Shown here: positions 38,401 through 47,946 of the stretch, in pieces
Position numbering within the stretch: position 1 is the stretch's first letter
Layout of the letters: every line of letters begins with the position of its first letter
Assembly: GCA_046757025.1 (NCBI GenBank)
Contig: JBHHXN010000003.1
Coordinates: 35,248-99,247, forward strand
DNA: 64,000 nt
Origin: a bacterium
GTDB taxonomy: Bacteria; Zhuqueibacterota; Zhuqueibacteria; Oceanimicrobiales; Oceanimicrobiaceae
Direction of reading: 5' to 3'
Notes under the pieces: generated by a model
What the model was told of the DNA's origin: nothing
Database searches by the model: none
Seen by the model: only the letters and a program-made list of their open reading frames with translations
Program-made: the position numbers and the translations under genes

Positions 38401-40953
38401 ATGAATTTGGTGAACAAAGTTATTTTAGACGGCAAGTACAAAATCGTTCGAGAAATCAAACAGGGTGGCTTCGGAATTGTATATTACGGCATCGATAACA
38501 ATCTCAACAAACCGGTGGCGATAAAAGAAATCGCCCCCACCTTGCTGGAAGATCCCAAATATCTGGATATGTTCCAGGATGAAGCGCTTAACATCGCCAA
38601 GCTGAGCCACAATAACATCATTCACATTTATGAGTTCAGTAAGACTGCGGATGGCCGCTTGCTCATCATCATGGAATACATCGACGGCCGGGACCTGGAA
38701 AAAATTTTGCGGATTCTCAAAAAATCCAACCAGAGATTGCCTGTGCATTTTGCCGTTTACATCATCGCGGAAATCTGCATGGCCCTGGACTATGCGCACC
38801 ACCGCCGGGATGCGTTCACCAACAAGCCGCTGAATTTAGTTCACCAGGACATCTCGCCTTCCAATATCATGATTTCGCGTTTTGGCAGCGTCAAGCTCAT
38901 CGATTTTGGCATTGCCTCGGTTAAAAGGCATCAAACCAAAGAGAAAAAAGATAACAAATTGCGCGGCAAAATCCCTTACATGTCTCCGGAGCAATTGATT
39001 ATGGGAAATCAGCCGGACCACCGTTCCGATCTTTTTTCACTGGGGCTGGTGCTTTTCGAAACGTTGACGGGAGAACGTCTTTTCAATGCTCAGGAAGAAG
39101 TCATCGCCGCCGGTAAAAATCCCAAATGGTTCAAAAAAGCCATAAAAGGGAAAAGACTGCCTTCGAACCTCGAAAAAATCTTATCGAAAGCGTTAGAGAT
39201 CGACATGACCCGGCGCTACCAGAACGCCAATCATATGTACATCGACTTGCTGCAGTATCTCATTTCCTGTAACGAGACCGGAGAATTGATGGACAGTCTC
39301 GCGGACTACATCAACGCGAATTTCTACAATGGCGCTCAGGATTTGCCGCACACACCGCATTTGAACAGCACCAGTGAACAAATCAGTCCGTACGGGCCGC
39401 CCTATCCGCCCACGCCTGCGGTTTCCAACCACTGGCTGCCGCAACAAAATGAGCAAAGGGAGCCGGTCAGCCCGCCTCAAGCTGCAGACCAGTTCCTCTC
39501 GGAGAAATACCGATTTACCAGCGACAGCCGGTTTGCGTCCACAGAAATCGCCGATCCGGACGATGAAGAACTGAAAACCGTCATCGACGTCATCCGCATT
39601 TCTGCGCGAAATCATAAAAAACGATTTTTGCAAGTCACCATGGCATTGTTGTTTGCCGTGTTGACTTTTGGAGCGTTGGACACCATTTACGGCTGGACCA
39701 AAGCGGGAATCTGGGTGTACGACTGGTTGTTTCCGCCAGCCATCGAGATCACCACCATTCCACCGAACGCAGAAATCTTCATCGATGATGAAAAAGTGGA
39801 GGGCGCCACGCCAGCAGCCATCGACAAAATTACGCCGGGCGTGCACAAACTCGAGCTGCGCGTGGCCGGCTACAAACCCATTGTGAAATCTTTATTTGTG
39901 CCCCGAGAAGGCGGCGTGAAAATTCAAGGGGAAAACGGCCAGGCAAATAAAAGACGCTATTTGTTCAACTTCAACACCGAAATCGAGATAAATTCCCAAC
40001 CCGCCGAAGCCGTGGTGTACTTAAACGGGATTCGTTATAATCAAAAAACGCCGTGCAAATTTACCTGGGAAGTGGGCAATCCGCTCTCCATCGAACTGGA
40101 GCGCAAAGGCTTCAACAAACTCACCGGCTACAGCTTGAACACGGAAGAAGGTTTTGATGTCGTTGAAGACCGCAGATTCTGGGATATGAAGGTATTTAAT
40201 AATGAATATAAGGGATATGCCATAACGGGAATTTTCAACAAAGAAATTTATTTTGAATCGGTACCGGCGGGTGTTGAAATTTTCGACACCATCTCTAATA
40301 AATCATTAGGGGTTACGGGCAATAAAATTGTGCTGAAATCGGGAACCTACGAAATTGAATTCAGAAAAAGCCATTTTATTCCTAAAAAAATGCAATTAGA
40401 GGTGGATGAAAAAATCAACGAAAAAGTGACGGCTGTGCTCTCACGCAAGGTGAGATTTTCTGCGGTCAGCAAAGATGATCCGGCCAAAAAAGACCTCGCA
40501 GCCCAACTGGTCAGTCTCAAACGCGGCCTCAATAACTCCTTGCGAAACCGCCGGGTCACGCCATTTGAAATGACTTTGCCGGCCTACACTTACACCGCGG
40601 TGTTTCAAAAAGCCGGCTACAGCGAAGTACAAGTGACGGTGCGGCCCGAGATGCAGTCGGTGCGCGTAGAAATGGAACTCATCAAAACCATTGTCGAAAT
40701 GGAAGTTTTAGACGCGCTCTCGGCTCAACCTCTCGGAGATGCAGAAATTTATTACCGTCGTGCTGCCGAAACGTCGTCGTCGGACTTGTTTTTTGATCAG
40801 ACCGCTGAAACAGGCGATGCGCTGGGCTATCTTACGCCCGGCAATTACATTTTTACCATCAAGAAAATAGGTTACGTACCGTTGACAAAATCCGTAAAAA
40901 TCAATTCGGCGGAAAGCCAAATCATTCTATTTAAACTGTTTCTTTCTAACTAA
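38401..40953 (+). CDS. Transmembrane Hanks-type Ser/Thr kinase with periplasmic PEGA-like domains (paralog 1)
   Basis: QGGFGIVY, VAIKE, HQDISPSN, IDFGIA, YMSPEQ, DLFSLG; TM around aa 412-435; PEGA-like repeats (TIPPNAEIFID...GATP...GVHKLELRVAGY). Confidence 0.92.
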   Translation: MNLVNKVILDGKYKIVREIKQGGFGIVYYGIDNNLNKPVAIKEIAPTLLEDPKYLDMFQDEALNIAKLSHNNIIHIYEFSKTADGRLLIIMEYIDGRDLEKILRILKKSNQRLPVHFAVYIIAEICMALDYAHHRRDAFTNKPLNLVHQDISPSNIMISRFGSVKLIDFGIASVKRHQTKEKKDNKLRGKIPYMSPEQLIMGNQPDHRSDLFSLGLVLFETLTGERLFNAQEEVIAAGKNPKWFKKAIKGKRLPSNLEKILSKALEIDMTRRYQNANHMYIDLLQYLISCNETGELMDSLADYINANFYNGAQDLPHTPHLNSTSEQISPYGPPYPPTPAVSNHWLPQQNEQREPVSPPQAADQFLSEKYRFTSDSRFASTEIADPDDEELKTVIDVIRISARNHKKRFLQVTMALLFAVLTFGALDTIYGWTKAGIWVYDWLFPPAIEITTIPPNAEIFIDDEKVEGATPAAIDKITPGVHKLELRVAGYKPIVKSLFVPREGGVKIQGENGQANKRRYLFNFNTEIEINSQPAEAVVYLNGIRYNQKTPCKFTWEVGNPLSIELERKGFNKLTGYSLNTEEGFDVVEDRRFWDMKVFNNEYKGYAITGIFNKEIYFESVPAGVEIFDTISNKSLGVTGNKIVLKSGTYEIEFRKSHFIPKKMQLEVDEKINEKVTAVLSRKVRFSAVSKDDPAKKDLAAQLVSLKRGLNNSLRNRRVTPFEMTLPAYTYTAVFQKAGYSEVQVTVRPEMQSVRVEMELIKTIVEMEVLDALSAQPLGDAEIYYRRAAETSSSDLFFDQTAETGDALGYLTPGNYIFTIKKIGYVPLTKSVKINSAESQIILFKLFLSN

Positions 40954-40964
40954 TTTTATGTCGT

Positions 40965-43643
40965 ATGCCAAAACTGCTCATCAAAAAAAATAACGCCCTC
41001 ATAAAAAAAATATCGGTTCCAACAGATATTTTGGCGTTTACCGTGGGCTCGGAACAGGGCAACGACATCATCATCCAGGATGAAAGTATTTCCTACTTTC
41101 ATTTGCAGTTTGAAAAACAGGACGATGATTACTTTGTCCGTGATTTGCAGAGCCAATGGGGGACTTTTGTGAACGGCAGAAAGATTTCGAATCGCACGAT
41201 ATTGATTGACCAGGATGAAATTGGCATTGGTACTCATAACATTACTTTTTTAAACGCAAAAGCAGAAACAGAAAAAGCGCTGGTTGCGGAAAATCATGAG
41301 TCGGGTCAATTTGCCGGAGAAACCAAGCTCGAAGAACGCATTGCCGGCATTCCTACCCTGAACAGACTGAACTCATGGATCCACAGCGAAGAGTTCAAGA
41401 TGGAGAAGCAGGGTGATTTTTACATCGACCAAAACAACGGCGACGAATTCACAGAAAGCCTCAGCGAAACCGATGAAATTTTACAGTCAACGCAGCCGGA
41501 TCCCTCATTTAATCTCCTCAACCACAACCCAAACGGACCAAATCACGAGCCAAATGAATTTGTCGATGTGCGTGATAATGGCCCAAAGGAGAGCCCGCCG
41601 CCTCAGCTCGATTTCTCACCAGAGCCAAAATTTGAAGCGCCGCCTCTCAAGACTCCGACGCTGGAATTCGAAGACGATTTCAAGGTTAAATTAGAGGAGC
41701 CCATTCAAAAAGCCCGCGCCGTGAATAATTATTTTCTACTGGGCATTTATGGTTATTACACGGGAAGAGTCTTCCGGCTCAAGCATCCGGAAACCAAAAT
41801 CGGCCGTGACCGCAAACTCAACGATATCGTCATTAAGAAAAATTCCAAAGGTAAAATCGATCAGAGCGTGTCGCGCCGCCAGGCTACCATCTTGTCAAAG
41901 GATAATAGATTTTACATTACGGATAAAAGAAGCAAAAGTCGAACGGCCGTCAACCAGCAAAAGCTCGATTTTAACGATGAGATTGAAATCAATCCGGGAG
42001 ATGAAATTGAAATTATCAGCGACCGTAAAAGTCATATTTTGCGTTTGGTGCAAAAAGAGGAATGGGATTTTTCTTTTCCGAAAAAGGCCGGCTCCTGGCA
42101 TCTCCGACACCGAGTCAAAATTCTCAATTTTTATTCCTTACTATTGCTGCTGATTGCTGGGTTTTTTGTGGCTAAATCCATGAACACACTGAACAAAATC
42201 CTCTCAAAGCCGGATCCGTTCTCGGTTTCGGAATCGCTCTGGTACACTGGCGAAATCGATTTAGCCGTGAAGCCGTCATCGACAGCGCAACTTCAAAACT
42301 ACCTGGCCATTGCGGATTTTAACGGCGACCGGACGCTCGATCTCGTTTATATTGATGAAAACGAGCATTTGATTTGCATCAATGGCAAATCGAAACAACC
42401 GTTGTGGCAAATCTCGGAATTTAAAACGTTTTCAGACTATTCTATCACCATCGAGGACTTGAATAACAACCATCTGCCGGACATCATCGTGGTCTCGAAA
42501 GACTTTCGCATCCGCGCCATCGATGGCAACTGGGGCATCGAAATTTGGAAAAGCCGCATTCTGGCAGGTCCGTTAACCGGGCCGCCGGTGGTGGGCGATT
42601 TTAACGGCGACGGTTTCAAGGACCTGGCCGTGGCTTCCACGGAGAACCTGGTGTACATCGGCTTTTCAGGATTAAAAAATTCACACTGGATTCAAATTCC
42701 AGTGGAAGCGCAAATTCGCTCCATCCTGACAGCCAGCGATATCACCGGCGATGGATTCCGGAACTTGGTGCTTGGAACGGAGTCCGGCAAAATTTTGGTC
42801 ATCGACGGTGTCAAGCAAACGGTTTCTGAGGAAATCAATATCAACGAAGAGCTGAATAAAGCCAGTGGCAGCTACTTTCAGGACAACCAGATCCGCTATC
42901 CCATAGCTACCGGTGATTTGAACGGCGATACGGTGAACGACCTGCTCATTTGCACACTGCAAGGCAACCTCATTGCTATCGACGGCCTGACCCTGGAAAG
43001 GATGTGGTACGACCTCGCCAGCGACAAAGTGAAATTTGAGCATCCCACTTTTCCCAGCATCGTCATGGGAGATTTGGACGGGGACCATTTACCGGACGTG
43101 GTTTCCCTGACTCCGGATGGCAGATTACGTGCGATAAAAGGCGTGGGTGAGCGCAAAGACCGTAAAATGTTACTCTGGGAAATTCCGGCCATTGAAACCG
43201 AATATTTTGTGGGACAGCCCGTGCTGGCCGATTTCAACAAAAATGGCACCGTGGACGTGGTGGCGGTCAACAACCTGGGGGGATTGTTTATTTTCGAAGG
43301 CGTCACTGGCGATATTCTCTGGAAAAAAAAACAGAGCGAACATGCGATCATAGGCTCACCGCTCATCGGAGATTTGGATACGGATAGTCATCTGGATATC
43401 CTCACATTGCGAGCCAATGGCGATTTTGTAAAATATACCACAAACAGCTTAACCCTGGATGGCTCCGTATTCTGGGGCCAGATGTTCGGAAACGGTCGCC
43501 ATAACAGCCGATCATTTTACAAGGTGTATCATACGTCACAGCACTATGTGATTATCTGTTTATCTTTGATGGTCGTCGCTACCGTAATGGGCTTACAAAT
43601 TTTCTTTAGAAAAAAGAGAAAAAAGTTAAGTCAAATCCAGTAA
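40965..43643 (+). CDS. FHA-FHA-TM-FG-GAP(VCBS) beta-propeller-TM membrane protein (paralog 1)
   Basis: FHA1 (ISYFH, DLQSQWGTFVNG), FHA2 (KIGRD, SVSRRQ), TM, many DFNGDG/DLNGD/DLDGD loops, C-terminal TM followed by RKKRKK. Confidence 0.88.
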   Translation: MPKLLIKKNNALIKKISVPTDILAFTVGSEQGNDIIIQDESISYFHLQFEKQDDDYFVRDLQSQWGTFVNGRKISNRTILIDQDEIGIGTHNITFLNAKAETEKALVAENHESGQFAGETKLEERIAGIPTLNRLNSWIHSEEFKMEKQGDFYIDQNNGDEFTESLSETDEILQSTQPDPSFNLLNHNPNGPNHEPNEFVDVRDNGPKESPPPQLDFSPEPKFEAPPLKTPTLEFEDDFKVKLEEPIQKARAVNNYFLLGIYGYYTGRVFRLKHPETKIGRDRKLNDIVIKKNSKGKIDQSVSRRQATILSKDNRFYITDKRSKSRTAVNQQKLDFNDEIEINPGDEIEIISDRKSHILRLVQKEEWDFSFPKKAGSWHLRHRVKILNFYSLLLLLIAGFFVAKSMNTLNKILSKPDPFSVSESLWYTGEIDLAVKPSSTAQLQNYLAIADFNGDRTLDLVYIDENEHLICINGKSKQPLWQISEFKTFSDYSITIEDLNNNHLPDIIVVSKDFRIRAIDGNWGIEIWKSRILAGPLTGPPVVGDFNGDGFKDLAVASTENLVYIGFSGLKNSHWIQIPVEAQIRSILTASDITGDGFRNLVLGTESGKILVIDGVKQTVSEEININEELNKASGSYFQDNQIRYPIATGDLNGDTVNDLLICTLQGNLIAIDGLTLERMWYDLASDKVKFEHPTFPSIVMGDLDGDHLPDVVSLTPDGRLRAIKGVGERKDRKMLLWEIPAIETEYFVGQPVLADFNKNGTVDVVAVNNLGGLFIFEGVTGDILWKKKQSEHAIIGSPLIGDLDTDSHLDILTLRANGDFVKYTTNSLTLDGSVFWGQMFGNGRHNSRSFYKVYHTSQHYVIICLSLMVVATVMGLQIFFRKKRKKLSQIQ

Positions 43644-43690
43644 ACTTATTCAGCCATCAAATTACTTGTTTTTGTAAGCGGCTTCATTTT

Positions 43691-45052
43691 ATGCAAGAGG
43701 GTAAAATACAAATTAACACATCTGCTTACAGCGATGTTGGCACAGTTCGTAAGACCAACGAAGACAGTTATTTCATTTCAAAAGATGAAAGCCTGATCAT
43801 TGTTTGCGATGGTATGGGCGGCGCGGTGGCAGGCGGTTTGGCCAGTAAAATTGCGGTGGAAACCATCAAAGACATCTTTTACGGTTTGGAAGTGGAATAT
43901 GTCGGAAAGTTATTTCACGACATCGACAAACGCTTTTCCAGCAAAAGCCGTCTGTTGATCGCGGCCGTGCGTCTGGCAAACAGAAGACTGTTCAACATGG
44001 CCATGAAATTTCCAAAACTGCGGGGCATGGGAACCACGGTCGTGGCGCTGACCATCGACCACAGCGTGGCGACGATGGTGCATGTGGGGGACAGCCGGAT
44101 TCTCCGCTACAGCGGCGGTCAGGTTTTCCAGCTGACAGAAGATCATTCCTGGCTGAATGAGCTTATTGAAGACAACGAGATCAACGAGGAGCAGATCGAG
44201 ACTTTTTCACAAAAAAACGTCATCACGCGCGCATTAGGCACCGCGCCCACCGTGAAAATCGACATTCACAGCGAAAAATACAAAAAAGATGACATTTACA
44301 TTTTGTGCACCGACGGTCTGCACAACTCCGTGAAAAGTCAGGACATCAAAAAGTGTTTACAAAAAAATAGCGATTCGCTGCATACGGTGACGAAAAAACT
44401 CATCGAAAAAGCCAAAGTACGGGACGGCTCCGACAACATTACCACCGCGGTGGTACGGGTTAATCAGAACAGCAACAATTCGGATGCCGCATGTGTTTCA
44501 GCTACCATTCCCAATGAGGACGAAAAAATAGAAACCAGGGAAGATAAATTCATCCAGGAACGATATGGAGATTCTAAACAGAATGTGACCCACAAACCCC
44601 ATTTGACCATGAATTTTCAACAAAAATTGAGAATGGCCGGTATCATACTGGTCATCGCCTTATTCAGTTTTTTACTGGGCGTCAAATTGAACGCGTCGAA
44701 ACCCATTCCCGCATCGACACGGATGCCGGCCATTGAAAGCACCCTCAATAGCCAAAGCGGCCATAGCGGGAGCTCAAATATTCCGGCCACTGGCAAACAG
44801 CGCACGCAGCCCGGCGCGGTAATTAAACGCAGCGCCCTGACAAAAAATGCGGTGTTAGCCATCGTGTTTTTCAACAGCACACAGGATTTTGTCGATGCCC
44901 GCATGGATGAGCGCAGTCTGGTGCTGGATAAATTGTATCCGTACCAAGACGGGGGTAATTACAACAATTTCTCGATCTTTGTGATCGATTCAACCAACAA
45001 CGTAATTTACAAAACCTCCGGCTTTCAACTGCCGGATTTATTTGCAATGTAA
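43691..45052 (+). CDS. Stp1/PstP-like PP2C Ser/Thr phosphatase with TM and extracytoplasmic tail
   Basis: SDVGTVRKTNED, VCDGMGG, GMGTT, HVGDSR, QLTEDHS, NVITRALG, LCTDGL, GSDNIT; TM GIILVIALFSFLLGV. Confidence 0.93.
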   Translation: MQEGKIQINTSAYSDVGTVRKTNEDSYFISKDESLIIVCDGMGGAVAGGLASKIAVETIKDIFYGLEVEYVGKLFHDIDKRFSSKSRLLIAAVRLANRRLFNMAMKFPKLRGMGTTVVALTIDHSVATMVHVGDSRILRYSGGQVFQLTEDHSWLNELIEDNEINEEQIETFSQKNVITRALGTAPTVKIDIHSEKYKKDDIYILCTDGLHNSVKSQDIKKCLQKNSDSLHTVTKKLIEKAKVRDGSDNITTAVVRVNQNSNNSDAACVSATIPNEDEKIETREDKFIQERYGDSKQNVTHKPHLTMNFQQKLRMAGIILVIALFSFLLGVKLNASKPIPASTRMPAIESTLNSQSGHSGSSNIPATGKQRTQPGAVIKRSALTKNAVLAIVFFNSTQDFVDARMDERSLVLDKLYPYQDGGNYNNFSIFVIDSTNNVIYKTSGFQLPDLFAM

Positions 45053-45445
45053 ATGTTTCTATTTATTGCACCCATTGCGTTAATGGCCGTTTTTCTGGCC
45101 GTGGGCCTGGTCTGGTTTACGCCAGAATGGCGAGCGAATTATTTTTTGTGGAGAGGCAACACCCGCAAAGCGCGAAAAATTTATGAATACCTGCTGATCC
45201 AGAATCCGGAAAAAGTACATTTGTACCGCAAGCTCGGGCAAATTTATATTATGGAAAAGCGGCACGATCGCAAAGCCATCAGAGTATTTGAAGTGATCGT
45301 CAAACTTAAAATACCGTTTGAGTGGCTGGACGACATTTTACCTTTAGTGGCAAAATATTATATCATCGAAGGCCGGAAAGATTCCGAAGCCATCAAACTG
45401 ATCGAAAGAGTGGTTGACCAGGAACTCGAAAAATTGACCAGATAA
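45053..45445 (+). CDS. Small membrane-anchored TPR-like protein
   Basis: N-terminal TM; helical repeats LGQIYIMEKRHDRKAI and VAKYYIIEGRKDSEAI; starts immediately after the PP2C stop. Confidence 0.7.
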   Translation: MFLFIAPIALMAVFLAVGLVWFTPEWRANYFLWRGNTRKARKIYEYLLIQNPEKVHLYRKLGQIYIMEKRHDRKAIRVFEVIVKLKIPFEWLDDILPLVAKYYIIEGRKDSEAIKLIERVVDQELEKLTR

Positions 45446-45459
45446 CAGAACGATTCAAC

Positions 45460-47946
45460 ATGTTGACATTAGAAGCCAAACGACACAAAGAACTCATCAT
45501 CATGATCATGGCTCTTGGAGAAGCCTATCTTGAAAAAGGGCTGTATGAGGACGCCGAAAAAAGATTTCAGCAGCTGATCGATTTCAAAGTGGCCAACAGA
45601 CGCATTTATACCAGTTTGAGCAAAGCTTACATCGGACTGAAAAAATCCGACAGAAAGGCCATTGAAATTTACCAAAAAGCCATCCGCTACGACTCCAGCA
45701 ACGCGGAAATTTACGATGTTCTGGCCGCGCAATTTCTGAAAGACGGACGCACAGATCCGGAAGCCGTCACGATTTTCGAAAGCACTCTGAATTTTAATTC
45801 GGCGCACTTCCATGCGATTGTGGAGCATCTGGCGAGCATTTATTTCAGACAGGCAGAATACGAAAAATGCAAATCCGTAACCGAAATGCTTTTGTCCAAA
45901 TCGGGTTTTAGACCAAAGCCCTTTTCATTTTTTATAAACAGCTGCTGGAAAACCGGTAATTTGAACGACGCCATTCTCCAGCTCAAAAAGCTCATAGACG
46001 TATCTGAAAATAATACCATGTTGTTGAAAAACCTTTGCATCACTTATTTAGAAAAAATGTTCAACGCAGAAGTCACGCAGCAGGAGGTCCGTTTCAGCCA
46101 CATCGATCGCCAGCTGGTAAACGACTATTTGGACAAAAATATTCATTTTGGAAAATTGCAGGATCTCAGTCTGTATCTGGATTTAAAGCGTTTTCTATCG
46201 GACACCGATTACTGGAGCCTGCCGCAACCGGCAGAAATGGAAGACGTCGAAAGCGATTACGTTTATCACGACAAAGAGCAAGAGTCGGCTTATGCTAAAG
46301 CCAAATCAGGCAAAAAAATCGCGTTCAATCTTAAACAGGAAATATTCGACAAGCTGAGCGCCTTTGAATCGCTCACGGGCCAAACCCTGGTGGAGCATTC
46401 CAATCTGACTTATGAAGATTTCAAAAAAGAAGGCGCCGCCATATTTACGGATGCCAAACGGGAAATAAATCCACTAAAAATTCCCGAACAGACCGAAATT
46501 CTCTTGACCATCGCCCTGGCCAACTACGAGCATTTGAGCACGCACTACGGAGAAGAAAACCTGCAGCAAATCCGTAAAAAATTCAACGTCATTTTAGCCG
46601 ATATTCTGGAAGCGTTTAAAATATACCACATCTTTGGTGCGTCGAACGGATTTATCATTTTTACCGATGACGTAGTTTCCGCAGCTTCCATCGCCGTGAA
46701 AGTGCTGAACAAATTAAATCGTCACAATTTCATCAGCGAAGCCAAAGACGAAATTCATCTCACCATCGGGATTCACCATGCCCGAGAGGGGTTTGCGGAT
46801 AACAACGTGTACACCATCAAAGATCTTTCCACCGGCCTGAAAATCGCCATCGTGAACGACCGCGACCTGACGGCGGAGGATCGGGATATTTACGGTAAAA
46901 TCTTTCAAAGAACCGATCGCATTTTTTTGAGCGGCAAAGCTTACCGTGAAATTAAAAGCGCCAACCGTTTCAAAGTCAACACCGTGGGGCAGTTCAAGCT
47001 CAAATATTTAAAAGAGAATTTGATATTGCACGAAATCGCCTGGAGGAATCCCATCGATGATTTGCGATTTGGCTACATCAAAAAATTGGGTCGGTTTGAC
47101 CTGCTGGCGGAGCTGGGCAGCAAGGGCGCCGTGAAGATTTTCAAGGCCAAAGATTCCACGCTGCAGCGGTTCGTCATTTTGAAAGTCATTCAGTCGGAAG
47201 TGTTCAATTCGCTGCCGCCGGACAACCCGCAAAAAATGCAGTTTTATCAGACCGCGCGCTCGTTGGGACAAATGAGCCACCCAAACATCGCCAACATTTA
47301 CGAAGTCAATGAAGACCAGAGACTGACTTACATCGCCAGGGAGTTTGTGGAGGGAGTCCCCATCGATGAAATTTTTAAAAACGGCAATCCATTCAATCCG
47401 GAACGCCTGATAAAAATCATCTACCAGATTTGCAAAGGGCTGCAATATTGTCATCGCTCCGGCTTTTATCACCTGAACCTCAATCCGCACAATTTATTCA
47501 TCGCGTTGAACGACGAAATCAAAATCATGGATTTTTTGATTCCGGCCACGCTGTTGTACGGATACGACAATTTGAAGGAGCACAATCCGCAAATCTATTA
47601 CATGTCGCCGGAACAAATTCACGGCAACCGGGGGGATGCGCGCAGCGATATTTTCTCGCTGGGGGTAATTTTGTATCAGACGGTCACTCAGATGCATCCT
47701 TTTGCCGGTAAAAATATGCAGGATACCATTCACGCTATTTTGAATTCCAAACCCCAGGCGCCCATGGAATTAAATCCGCGTGTGCCGAAATTTTGTGAGG
47801 CGTTTATTCTCAAGTGCCTTGCCAAGAGTCCGGACCGAAGATTTCAATCGGTGGAACAAATGGTGGATTTGCTAAAAAAGACTTTTGAAGGTAGTTTATT
47901 TTCGAACTTCAGTTATCAAATTGCGCAATCGCGAGATTCATATTGA
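45460..47946 (+). CDS. TPR + degenerate class III nucleotide-cyclase-like domain + Ser/Thr pseudokinase
   Basis: N-terminal TPRs; cyclase-like fold (HLTIGIHH, IFLSGKAYREI, VGQFKLK) without the metal-binding Asps; kinase fold with ILKVI, HPNI, YMSPEQ, SDIFSLG but HLNLNPHN and DFL. Confidence 0.8.
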   Translation: MLTLEAKRHKELIIMIMALGEAYLEKGLYEDAEKRFQQLIDFKVANRRIYTSLSKAYIGLKKSDRKAIEIYQKAIRYDSSNAEIYDVLAAQFLKDGRTDPEAVTIFESTLNFNSAHFHAIVEHLASIYFRQAEYEKCKSVTEMLLSKSGFRPKPFSFFINSCWKTGNLNDAILQLKKLIDVSENNTMLLKNLCITYLEKMFNAEVTQQEVRFSHIDRQLVNDYLDKNIHFGKLQDLSLYLDLKRFLSDTDYWSLPQPAEMEDVESDYVYHDKEQESAYAKAKSGKKIAFNLKQEIFDKLSAFESLTGQTLVEHSNLTYEDFKKEGAAIFTDAKREINPLKIPEQTEILLTIALANYEHLSTHYGEENLQQIRKKFNVILADILEAFKIYHIFGASNGFIIFTDDVVSAASIAVKVLNKLNRHNFISEAKDEIHLTIGIHHAREGFADNNVYTIKDLSTGLKIAIVNDRDLTAEDRDIYGKIFQRTDRIFLSGKAYREIKSANRFKVNTVGQFKLKYLKENLILHEIAWRNPIDDLRFGYIKKLGRFDLLAELGSKGAVKIFKAKDSTLQRFVILKVIQSEVFNSLPPDNPQKMQFYQTARSLGQMSHPNIANIYEVNEDQRLTYIAREFVEGVPIDEIFKNGNPFNPERLIKIIYQICKGLQYCHRSGFYHLNLNPHNLFIALNDEIKIMDFLIPATLLYGYDNLKEHNPQIYYMSPEQIHGNRGDARSDIFSLGVILYQTVTQMHPFAGKNMQDTIHAILNSKPQAPMELNPRVPKFCEAFILKCLAKSPDRRFQSVEQMVDLLKKTFEGSLFSNFSYQIAQSRDSY

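Noticed and set aside
38401-45052. T6SS regulatory module (PpkA/PppA/Fha)
   Set aside because: No TssB/C, Hcp, VgrG, TssM or ClpV in the window; the linked machinery is type IV filament-like.
45053-45460. Frameshift-split single gene
   Set aside because: Each ORF has a clean start and stop with a 14-nt gap, and the two contain parallel rather than consecutive repeats.
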